Shown piece by piece: positions 34,883-42,851 of a stretch of DNA of 53,303 nucleotides. The DNA comes from a virus (taxonomy: Duplodnaviria; Caudoviricetes). The stretch spans positions 1 through 53,303 of IMG/VR virus record IMGVR_UViG_3300044613_003466. One strand, written 5' to 3'. A model generated the notes under the pieces. The model ran no database searches. It worked only from the letters and a program-made list of their open reading frames with translations, and was not told where the DNA came from. The position numbers and the translations under genes are program-made. The stretch's first letter is position 1, and every line of letters begins with the position of its first letter.

Positions 34883-35488
34883 ATGCTGAAAAACGACAGA
34901 TGGATCAAAGCCCAAGCCGCCGCCGGCATGATCGAGCCCTTTCAGGCGAAGCTGGTGAGGCAGGTGCTCACCAACGACTTTGATGGCGACCCAATTCGCC
35001 GCGTTCTTTCCTATGGCACCAGCAGCTACGGCTATGACATTCGCCTCTCCGCCGCCCAGTTCCGGATCTTTCGCCATGTGCCGGGCACGGTGATGAACCC
35101 CAAGCGGTTCAATCCCGCCAACCTGGAGCCGGCCGCCCTGCACCAGGACGAAGACGGCCGATTTTTCATCCTGCCGGGCCACACCTACGGCCTGGGGGTG
35201 GCGCTCGAAAAGCTGCTGGTGCCGCCGAATATCACCGTGATCTGCCTAGGCAAAAGCACCTATGCCAGGTTGGGAATCATCGTCAACACCACGCCGGCAG
35301 AGGCCGCATGGGAGGGGCATCTGACCCTTGAGTTCAGCAACTCATCCGGGGCCGACTGCCGCATTTATGCGGAGGAGGGGATCTGCCAGCTGCTCTTTTT
35401 TGAGGGGGATCCCTGCGAGACGACCTATGCCGATCGGGCTGGGAAATATCAGAACCAGCCTGAGCGGGTGGTGGTGGCCAGGGTATGA
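34883..35488 (+). CDS. dcd: dCTP deaminase
   Basis: SYG.SSYGYDIRL, GKSTYARLG, TPAEAAWEGHLTLE, Y..R.GKYQ.Q. Confidence 0.95.
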   Translation: MLKNDRWIKAQAAAGMIEPFQAKLVRQVLTNDFDGDPIRRVLSYGTSSYGYDIRLSAAQFRIFRHVPGTVMNPKRFNPANLEPAALHQDEDGRFFILPGHTYGLGVALEKLLVPPNITVICLGKSTYARLGIIVNTTPAEAAWEGHLTLEFSNSSGADCRIYAEEGICQLLFFEGDPCETTYADRAGKYQNQPERVVVARV

Positions 35489-36147
35489 GAGACATCACCC
35501 CAACCCCGCCCCGTGGCCGCTTCGTCGTCCTAGAGGGCATCGACGGCAGCGGCAAGACCACCCAACTGGAGGCCCTGCGCCAATGGTTGCCCACCAGCGG
35601 CCTGCTGCCCCCCGGCGCCCGCGTGGTCGTGAGCCGAGAGCCTGGGGGAACCGCCCTGGGTCAGGCGTTGCGGTATCTGCTGCTGGACCCTCCTGGGGAA
35701 GCGGCCCCGGTGCCCCGTGCCGAGCTGCTGCTGTATGCGGCCGACCGTGCCCAGCACGTGGAAACCGTTCTACGGCCAGCGCTGGAGCGGGGGGATTGGG
35801 TGCTGTGTGATCGCTTCACCGGATCAACCGCCGCCTATCAGGGCTATGGCAGGGGCTGGCCCCTTGGCCTGATTGACACACTGTCAGACATCGCCACGGG
35901 CGGTCTGAGTGCCGATCTGACCCTCTGGCTAGACGTGCCCCTGGCCGAGTCCTGCCGGCGCCGTGGTGGCCAATTAGCCGACCGCCTTGAGGGGGAGGGG
36001 GTGGCGTTTTTGGGTCGCGTTGCCGATGGGTTCCTGGAGCTGGCCGTGCAACGGGGCTGGGTACGCATCGCTGCTGGCCGTCTCGTAGTTGCCGTGACGG
36101 GGGACTGTTGCCGCGCCATGGTCCGCAGCCTTGGGGGGGTCCAATGA
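35485..36147 (+). CDS. tmk: Thymidylate kinase
   Basis: FVVLEGIDGSGKTTQ, REPGGT, LLYAADRAQH, DRF..S..AYQG. Confidence 0.95.
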   Translation: MRDITPTPPRGRFVVLEGIDGSGKTTQLEALRQWLPTSGLLPPGARVVVSREPGGTALGQALRYLLLDPPGEAAPVPRAELLLYAADRAQHVETVLRPALERGDWVLCDRFTGSTAAYQGYGRGWPLGLIDTLSDIATGGLSADLTLWLDVPLAESCRRRGGQLADRLEGEGVAFLGRVADGFLELAVQRGWVRIAAGRLVVAVTGDCCRAMVRSLGGVQ

Positions 36148-37013
36148 ATGAGTTGGCACTTTTCGCAGGCCATGGAGGCGGCATTCTCGGAGGCCTCCTG
36201 TTGGGATGGCGAACCATCTGCGCCGTCGAAATTGACGAGGCAGCCAGACGACGACTCATTGCCCGCCAAGACGACGGCACTCTGCAACCCTTCCCCATCT
36301 GGGACGACATCCGCACCTTTGACGGCAAACCCTGGGCTGGCCTCGTGGATGTCATCTCTGGCGGCTTCCCGTGCCAGGACATCAGCATTGCCGGAAAGGG
36401 GGCAGGGATTACCGGCGAGCGATCAGGGCTCTGGCGTGAATTTGCTCGGATCATTTGCGAGGTTCGACCCCGCTACGTCCTCGTGGAAAACTCCCCAGCT
36501 CTCGTTGCTCGGGGGCTCGGAACAGTTCTCGGAGACCTGGCCACGCTGGGGTTTGATGCGCGCTGGGGTGTGTTTGGAGCAGATGAAGCCGCCCTCGCGA
36601 CTCATTGCGGAGAGATCCCGCTCATCCACAACCGCGATCGAATCTGGATCGTGGGTTGCCGACAGGGCACCAACCCCGACGGTCTGCGGGAACAACAACA
36701 GGAAAGGATCCAGTCCGACCAGTGGAGACGGGCTGGCGACGTGGGTAAAACGACGACTGGCGACGCCCAGGGTTCACGACTCCAAAGCCATGGGGCCATC
36801 GGAGCTGAATCGAAAATCACCATGCCTTGCGGCAATCCAGCAACCTGGTGGTCCACTGAACCCGACGTGGATCGAGTGGTTCATGGGGTGGCCAATCGGG
36901 TGGACCGCCTTAGAGGGCTTGGAAACGGGCAGGTTCCAGCAGTGGTGGCACTTGCATGGGAGACGCTGACCACCCAACCCGACCTATTCGCCTCAGCGGG
37001 GCCGGTGGCATGA
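36144..37013 (+). CDS. C5 cytosine DNA methyltransferase, alpha subunit
   Basis: Motif I FAGHGG, IV GGFPCQD, VI ENSP, VIII HNRDRIW, X RLRGLGNGQVP; no motif IX. Confidence 0.9.
   Translation: MNELALFAGHGGGILGGLLLGWRTICAVEIDEAARRRLIARQDDGTLQPFPIWDDIRTFDGKPWAGLVDVISGGFPCQDISIAGKGAGITGERSGLWREFARIICEVRPRYVLVENSPALVARGLGTVLGDLATLGFDARWGVFGADEAALATHCGEIPLIHNRDRIWIVGCRQGTNPDGLREQQQERIQSDQWRRAGDVGKTTTGDAQGSRLQSHGAIGAESKITMPCGNPATWWSTEPDVDRVVHGVANRVDRLRGLGNGQVPAVVALAWETLTTQPDLFASAGPVA
36148..36969 (+). CDS. Nested out-of-frame methyltransferase beta subunit
   Basis: 273-aa open alternative frame with PTP motif and motif IX-like LNPTWIEWFMGWPIGWT. Confidence 0.7.
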   Translation: MSWHFSQAMEAAFSEASCWDGEPSAPSKLTRQPDDDSLPAKTTALCNPSPSGTTSAPLTANPGLASWMSSLAASRARTSALPERGQGLPASDQGSGVNLLGSFARFDPATSSWKTPQLSLLGGSEQFSETWPRWGLMRAGVCLEQMKPPSRLIAERSRSSTTAIESGSWVADRAPTPTVCGNNNRKGSSPTSGDGLATWVKRRLATPRVHDSKAMGPSELNRKSPCLAAIQQPGGPLNPTWIEWFMGWPIGWTALEGLETGRFQQWWHLHGRR

Positions 37014-37298
37014 TCACCCCAACCCCTGCAGCACTTCCCTGGCCCACCGCTGGTGTTCATCGCTCGGAGGCTGCAGGGGGCGAGCATCACGGGCCAGGAC
37101 GAGCTCCACCTCCAGGCACCGCACGCGGCCCAGCAGGGAATCGATCAGCGCCTTCTGGCCATAGGCCTGCACAATTAAGCCATCAACCACGATGCTCAGA
37201 TCGTCCCGGCATAGGTGGGCGGCAGTCCGCCGATCCAGGGCACGGCTCAGCTGCGTTTCTAGGCTGAGGGTCGGCACCATCCAACTATTCGAGGCCAT
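37014..37298 (-). CDS. Hypothetical phage protein
   Basis: WMVP.LSLE.QL... helical protein converging on the methyltransferase. Confidence 0.6.
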   Translation of the reverse strand: MASNSWMVPTLSLETQLSRALDRRTAAHLCRDDLSIVVDGLIVQAYGQKALIDSLLGRVRCLEVELVLARDARPLQPPSDEHQRWAREVLQGLG

Positions 37299-37479
37299 GG
37301 CAGATCAGGATTTTCAAACGAGGGTAGGAACAGACGCGAGAGATGGCGGCTACTGCCTAGAGGTTTTCATTGATGGGGTTTTGCACCAGGACCGATCACC
37401 CGCCCAGCTCCGCGCCCTGATCGAGCAGCGCCGCGCCCAGCAACCGGCACGGTGGGCCCAGCTAGAACCGATCGAGGGG

Positions 37480-37650
37480 CTAGACGAGGATGCCGACGCG
37501 GGGCAGGCTGGCTGGGGGGGCATGCTGCAGCACGAGGGGGGATGGCGGGAGGGTTAGCGATCTGCAACGATCGCGCTGGCCCAGCTGCGCCGAATCCCGT
37601 TGGCGGTAATAGGGCACGCCGATCAGCGGATTAGGGGGAGCAGCTGTCAT
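37480..37650 (-). pseudogene. Possible truncated C39-like peptidase N-terminus
   Basis: NPLIGVPYYRQRDSAQLGQRDRC resembles the VPYYxQ.D...C start of C39-like peptidases, then degenerates. Confidence 0.35.
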
Positions 37651-37688
37651 GGGCTCGTAGCATAGCGGCAACAATCTAGCCCCGCCCA

Positions 37689-38540
37689 ATGCCCGTTTTC
37701 ACGCTCAGCAACCGGGCCCAGTACAGCCTGACGACCCCTGACATGCCATTAACAGGCACGTTCTACGGTCAATTGATGACCTCTGCTTTTACGTTTAACC
37801 GTGACACCCATGACACGATGGCCGCAATCACCAGCGGCGAGATCACCCCTGTTACCGGCTATTTAGCAGGCGGCAAGCCGTTGGTGCTCAGTAACTCAAT
37901 GAACACCACTACCGGAATCAATGCCCTAGTCATTGACCCGGTTACATGGAATGCCAATATCACGGGCGCCAGTGGGATTCTGATTTATTATCGACCATCA
38001 GCAACACTTTCTCAGCAAATAGTTTTAGGCTACAACCACTTTGGCAGCCCTCAAAGCAGCGTTGGGGGGTTGTTCAGGATTGAGCAAATGCAGATTGAAG
38101 CTGCGCAAACAAACAACAACAATATCATAATTCCTTACGCAACAATTAACGCAATCATAAACAAAACCATAAACCTGAGTGCAGGCAACTTCTACGCCAT
38201 GCTGCTGGGGGCTGGCTACACTCCCAGCGCCGCTCATTCGTTTCGGTCAAATCTGACCAACGAAGTGAGTGGCACTGGCTACACCGCTGGTGGCGTGCCT
38301 GCTCCGCTGACGATCACACGGGATGATGCTGCTGATAAAACCATAGTGCAGGCCAATCAAATTATCCTTACGGGCGCTACAGTTTCGCCTAGATATGTGG
38401 CTTATTATCAAAGCCTTGGCGGGGCGGCTTCTGCTGACCGTGTTTTGATGATTGTAAATTGGGGCATAGACTACCCTGCTAATGGTGCCGCGTATCCGAT
38501 CAATGCCAATACTTTTGATATCACCGGGGTTTACGTTTAA
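37689..38540 (+). CDS. Virion structural protein with an internal domain duplication
   Basis: Two halves with FY..L...H......E....GY.AGG; opposite strand to the other tail genes. Confidence 0.7.
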   Translation: MPVFTLSNRAQYSLTTPDMPLTGTFYGQLMTSAFTFNRDTHDTMAAITSGEITPVTGYLAGGKPLVLSNSMNTTTGINALVIDPVTWNANITGASGILIYYRPSATLSQQIVLGYNHFGSPQSSVGGLFRIEQMQIEAAQTNNNNIIIPYATINAIINKTINLSAGNFYAMLLGAGYTPSAAHSFRSNLTNEVSGTGYTAGGVPAPLTITRDDAADKTIVQANQIILTGATVSPRYVAYYQSLGGAASADRVLMIVNWGIDYPANGAAYPINANTFDITGVYV

Positions 38541-38881
38541 TGGATTTCCCTGAATCCTGTCTGCCGATTGGGAGGCCGCATACGTTAGGTGATTTCAATA
38601 TCGCCGCTGAACTTGATCGGCGGTTTTTATTGAGCGACACCCTGGCTGGCCAGACCGTGTCCCTGCCCCTGCCCCTGCTCAGCCCCGCACAGTTCGCCGA
38701 TTTCGTGGAGCACTTCCGAACTGTGGGGCTGCTGGCATCCTGGGAGCTGCCTGCTGCGGTCTGGGTGGGGCGTGCAGTTCCCCCGACGCCGGTTCGATGG
38801 CGCTATGCCTCGGCACCATCGTGGGCTCTGCAGCCTGGCGAGCTGTGGGAGGTTACCGGGGTTGAGCTGCGTGCGGTGTGA
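38540..38881 (+). CDS. Minor tail protein, paralogue of the N-terminus of 38886-40157
   Basis: FP...P..R..T.G ... WRYA..P ... V.L pattern. Confidence 0.55.
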   Translation: MDFPESCLPIGRPHTLGDFNIAAELDRRFLLSDTLAGQTVSLPLPLLSPAQFADFVEHFRTVGLLASWELPAAVWVGRAVPPTPVRWRYASAPSWALQPGELWEVTGVELRAV

Positions 38882-38885
38882 GCTG

Positions 38886-40157
38886 CTAGAAGATCGGCAG
38901 CGGCCCGGTCGGTACGGTATGTGGCCTGGCGGCTAAGGTGATCTGGAAATCATTGAACCGTCCATTACAGATTTGAGAATCCCCAAAGCGTTTTCCTATG
39001 TCTAAGATTGTTTGCGGGTAATTGCGAATATATGTAGGCACAGGATCGGGAGACACTGGAGTAATAAATGTTTGGCCGCTGACTGTCGAGAACGATGTTC
39101 TTACAAACCCAGCCGCTCTGGTCTGCTGGAAGAAATACCAGCTCCCTGGAGAGACTGCTGCTTGCCCGCTATAATCAGCTTCAAACCCGATCCGGGATCC
39201 AGGGCTATTCAAATTGTCAGCATAGTAAACCCATCCATCTGACTCGCCTACAAAAGCATTCAAAAAGCTAAAATCTGCTGGTAAAGATCCGATACCTCCT
39301 GCTTCATTTGTGATCTGAAACAACTCGTTCCTTGTGGTCAATGTTGTTAGATTAAACCAAAATCTGATTGTGTAATCTCCTGCGCCCAAGGCCTGCGCCA
39401 GTTCTACCGACAGCCAGTCTGGCGTGCTGTCGGCGCTATTCAATAGTGCAGAGCCGGCGCCCCAGCGACCTGCGCTGGCATCGATGCTGATACCGCCTTG
39501 CGTTGTTATTGACCCCGATTGGCCGCTGACATCGGTAAAGCCCTTGTCAGCAGTCAGGGGCAGATGCACCAACACTGACCCGTAAAGAGGGTCGTTCAAT
39601 GGCGTCGATACGAGCCCAGCTGGCGACGTCTTCAGCAACAACAGCGTCGATTGGGACGGCGTGCCCGTAGCTATCCCCGCCGCCGTGGTGGTCAACTGCA
39701 AGATCGTGGATCCGCTGGGGGTGCCCGCCGGCAGGGCCCTGGCCGCTGTGGTGCGGAGCACGATGCGGGTTGATCCGGAGGGGGTGGAGGCCCGTCGAAT
39801 CCAGACCCCGACGAACTGAACGGCCAGGCGGTAGAACCCGCTGCCGACCGCCTGGACGTCGTCCTGAGTAACCGGCCGCGCATACGCCCACTGAAACCCG
39901 GCCGGAGTCAGTGCCGTGGCCAGGGTGGTGGGATGGAACCCAAACGGGCGGCCCCGCTGGGCCCGCTGGTGGTCTGGCACGCTGCGGGCGTCGGCCTCAG
40001 TCAACCCTGCAAATGACATATCCAGAACGTCCCCGGTCGCTACCAGGTCGGCGGTGCTGGCCACGGTGCTGCCGTCGTAGCCAGCCTGCATGGTGGCTGG
40101 GACCGTGCCAGGGGTGATTAAGACGGTGGCAGGGCGAAGGGTCGGGAATGTGGTCAT
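38886..40157 (-). CDS. Minor tail protein with C-terminal LamG-like domain
   Basis: DPLYGSVLVHLPL, GDYTIRFWF, GRFNDFQIT, PTGPLP. Confidence 0.7.
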   Translation of the reverse strand: MTTFPTLRPATVLITPGTVPATMQAGYDGSTVASTADLVATGDVLDMSFAGLTEADARSVPDHQRAQRGRPFGFHPTTLATALTPAGFQWAYARPVTQDDVQAVGSGFYRLAVQFVGVWIRRASTPSGSTRIVLRTTAARALPAGTPSGSTILQLTTTAAGIATGTPSQSTLLLLKTSPAGLVSTPLNDPLYGSVLVHLPLTADKGFTDVSGQSGSITTQGGISIDASAGRWGAGSALLNSADSTPDWLSVELAQALGAGDYTIRFWFNLTTLTTRNELFQITNEAGGIGSLPADFSFLNAFVGESDGWVYYADNLNSPGSRIGFEADYSGQAAVSPGSWYFFQQTRAAGFVRTSFSTVSGQTFITPVSPDPVPTYIRNYPQTILDIGKRFGDSQICNGRFNDFQITLAARPHTVPTGPLPIF

Positions 40158-40158
40158 G

Positions 40159-42372
40159 CTATACAGGTGGCGAGGCAGGATCGGTTGTTTCCGGGTACGG
40201 TCCTGACAGCACACCTTGATCAAAAATATAAGGCCACGTCTGTTGATAACTGCCGTTTATCAAGTGCTGGTATTGAGTTGGCTGGCCAGTGGTCGTCCCA
40301 TCTGGATTGAATACAGCAACAGAAGTAGACTGCGAGTTTTGCTCTACAATCACTGCCCTTTGGCCTGGGTTAACCTTAATGATTCGATTTTCTATTACAA
40401 TGCCCGCAAATGCCCCAGGGTTTGCTAATGGATAGTCAGAATTTAACGTCCAGCTAAACTGCAGGCTCCACTGGATCAAATCGCCTGCGGGTGGCTCCTT
40501 CGGCGGCACCGGTGGATTTGCTGGCCCCGTTGGCGTGCCTGGCTGGGAGGGGACTCTGGGGGGCTCGACCGGGCCGGTAGGGGGCAGAGGGGTAGGCGGA
40601 GCACCACCACCGCCACCACCGCCCCCACCGCCCCCACCACCGCCTCCACCACCACCGCCGCCGCCCAGGATGAAGCCGCCGTCCGCGTATTCGCCAGAAA
40701 CCGGCCGACGCCCGTAGCGGCCATAGAACCAGACCTCGTCACTGGTCCAGCTCTCCTCGTCGGGCGCGGGGATCGAACAATCGGTCGCCCGGCTGGGGTC
40801 CGCATCGCAGGAGGGGGCGGTGTCACCAGTCAGGAGGGTGATGTTTGCAACCTGAACCGCTGCCACGTCCATGGCAACCAGGGAGCGGCCGAGCCCATCG
40901 ACCGGGCAGTGCTCCAACTGCAGGGTCAGGGTGCCCTCCCGTCCGGTATTGGCAGAGACGATCCAATACCAGGCCACCAGGGGGCTGCTCACCCCATCCA
41001 CGTCCTCGCGCTGCAGCTGCAGGGCGATCAGCTCGCCCTCTCCCAGGGTCGAGTTCCAATAGCCAGCCTTGATCGCCACCGCAGCGGAGTGCGTAATGTG
41101 CCGGCGCTTTGCCTGGCCACACCGGATCGCCCTGGCTGCGTGAATCTCGGTTGTGCAGAACTGGCTCAGATCGTGCTCCTCCGTTGGCGCGGTTTCTGGG
41201 GTGAAGTCATAGGCCACCTCCGTGGTCCGGATCATCCTGGACAATCCGTCGGGGCCCTGCTGGCGCCAGGCCACCACGGCCCGGTAGGGGCGCCTCGCCT
41301 CAGGGCTAACCAGCTGCCAGTTGTAACTCCCATTGACGATCGCCTCGCCATCAAACACCCACGCGGGGCTCAATGGCTCGGTGTCGATAGCCCCAGATGG
41401 CGTAAAGGGCAGCAGTGGCCGCAGGCCATAGCGACCGGCAATCTTTGTTTCGCGCACCATGAAATAGGGCCCAATTTTGCTCATCCAGTCACTGATACTG
41501 GTCGGCTTTGATAGCACCCCATTCCACCAGAAACCGTTGGCATCCATGAACCGAGCTGCTGCGGTAATCGACTCCCGATCAATCCGAACCGGTGCTGTGC
41601 GGCCATCATTGTTCAGTAGGTATAAATAAAGTTCGCCTAAATTGTTGGAGCTGCCGTAGACATTATCCAACAGCCTGACCGATTCGACTCCATTGCGAAT
41701 AAATAGATGAATCTGCCGCTTCCAGTGGCCACGGTCTGGCAGTCCGAATGGAACGCCGCCAGCCTGAAACCCGTTAAAATTTACCGCGCTAAAAGAAACA
41801 GTTGTCAGGTCCTTGTGTGTGCCAACCGTGCCGCATTGCGTGGGCGCCCCTACTTTGTTGGCAACCAGATATTCGCCATTGTAAACATCAACCAGGAAGT
41901 TGCCAGGAGTCCAGGTGCCGGCAGTTTTTGGGCCATAGGACTGGCTGAAGCTCCCGACTCGGCAGCGGCCCTGGAAGACGCCATTGACCGAGATGCCGCC
42001 GAGCTTCCCCTGGGAGACGACCAGTCGCCACTTCACCGCCACGGCATTGGCCACGGGCTGGCCCCCCAGCAGGGGAGTATCAAACCGGCAGGCCGTGGCC
42101 TTCGGGCTGACGATCACCCCGCCGATGCCTGTATCTGATGGGCTGCCGCAGGTGTCGCCGATGCGCCGGCACCAGACGATGGGCGCCCGCTCCAGCAGAG
42201 TCATCGCCTGCTGGTTTGAATTCCATGGGGAGTCAACTTCGGCGCCATTGATGGCCGTAGGACGCGCCGATCCGCCCAGGGCAGTAGTCCGCGCGATTGG
42301 CACTTGGTTGGCCTTAAACGGGACGCTTGATCTGGCTGACGCCCCGTTGCTTGTAAGCGCAGCTGGGATCAT
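40159..42372 (-). CDS. Tail tip/host-specificity (J-like) protein
   Basis: Large protein after the tape measure; DLSQFCT...HA motif; poly-Gly/Pro linker before the C-terminal domain. Confidence 0.7.
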   Translation of the reverse strand: MIPAALTSNGASARSSVPFKANQVPIARTTALGGSARPTAINGAEVDSPWNSNQQAMTLLERAPIVWCRRIGDTCGSPSDTGIGGVIVSPKATACRFDTPLLGGQPVANAVAVKWRLVVSQGKLGGISVNGVFQGRCRVGSFSQSYGPKTAGTWTPGNFLVDVYNGEYLVANKVGAPTQCGTVGTHKDLTTVSFSAVNFNGFQAGGVPFGLPDRGHWKRQIHLFIRNGVESVRLLDNVYGSSNNLGELYLYLLNNDGRTAPVRIDRESITAAARFMDANGFWWNGVLSKPTSISDWMSKIGPYFMVRETKIAGRYGLRPLLPFTPSGAIDTEPLSPAWVFDGEAIVNGSYNWQLVSPEARRPYRAVVAWRQQGPDGLSRMIRTTEVAYDFTPETAPTEEHDLSQFCTTEIHAARAIRCGQAKRRHITHSAAVAIKAGYWNSTLGEGELIALQLQREDVDGVSSPLVAWYWIVSANTGREGTLTLQLEHCPVDGLGRSLVAMDVAAVQVANITLLTGDTAPSCDADPSRATDCSIPAPDEESWTSDEVWFYGRYGRRPVSGEYADGGFILGGGGGGGGGGGGGGGGGGGGGAPPTPLPPTGPVEPPRVPSQPGTPTGPANPPVPPKEPPAGDLIQWSLQFSWTLNSDYPLANPGAFAGIVIENRIIKVNPGQRAVIVEQNSQSTSVAVFNPDGTTTGQPTQYQHLINGSYQQTWPYIFDQGVLSGPYPETTDPASPPV

Positions 42373-42851
42373 GTCGAAAAATCCAGCACGCAGGGCGTGC
42401 CTATCAGCTCCTGCGTGAGCACGATTGGCGGGACCGACACTGCAACCGGAGGCGGTGAGATAGTGCCGTTGATCGTGACGCCTGTGAGGGAGCCGCTGGC
42501 GGTGATGCTGCCGACCAGGACCGAACCAACCCGACTGAGCCCGCCCAGGACAACCTCGAACTGAGTCACCTCGATCAGCCATTGGTTAGCGTTCGCATCA
42601 ATCGCCAGGGCCAGAACAGCAGGGGAGTACGCGCACGTGATAGCGACCGATCCCGACACCAGGCCCGAATCAAACCCTGGGCAGTAGAACTCCTGGAACT
42701 CCCAGGACTGCAGCCCGTCGCCGTCGCCAGCGTCAAAGGAAGTGAAGGGGGCGTTGTTGATGTCGAGACGGTGCCACCTGGCCTTGGCGTTGCCGCTAGG
42801 GTCCATCCACTTCAGGGTCTGGGTGTAGACGTGGGGGCCGTAGTCGGGCAT
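42369..42851 (-). CDS. Tail tip/baseplate hub protein
   Basis: Between the tape measure and J-like genes, 4-bp overlap. Confidence 0.55.
   Translation of the reverse strand: MPDYGPHVYTQTLKWMDPSGNAKARWHRLDINNAPFTSFDAGDGDGLQSWEFQEFYCPGFDSGLVSGSVAITCAYSPAVLALAIDANANQWLIEVTQFEVVLGGLSRVGSVLVGSITASGSLTGVTINGTISPPPVAVSVPPIVLTQELIGTPCVLDFST

Larger units (their letters stand above)
1..37013. mobile_element. Prophage A (siphovirus-like, lambda-type head), left end outside window
   Basis: Contiguous tail, head, terminase, replication and recombination genes; right boundary approximate (end of the methyltransferase gene). Confidence 0.8.

Noticed and set aside
30497-42582. ORF-track upstream starts (30497, 31179, 36108, 40223, 42582 and similar)
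   Set aside because: They overlap neighbouring genes; downstream ATG/GTG starts with RBS or stop-start coupling fit better
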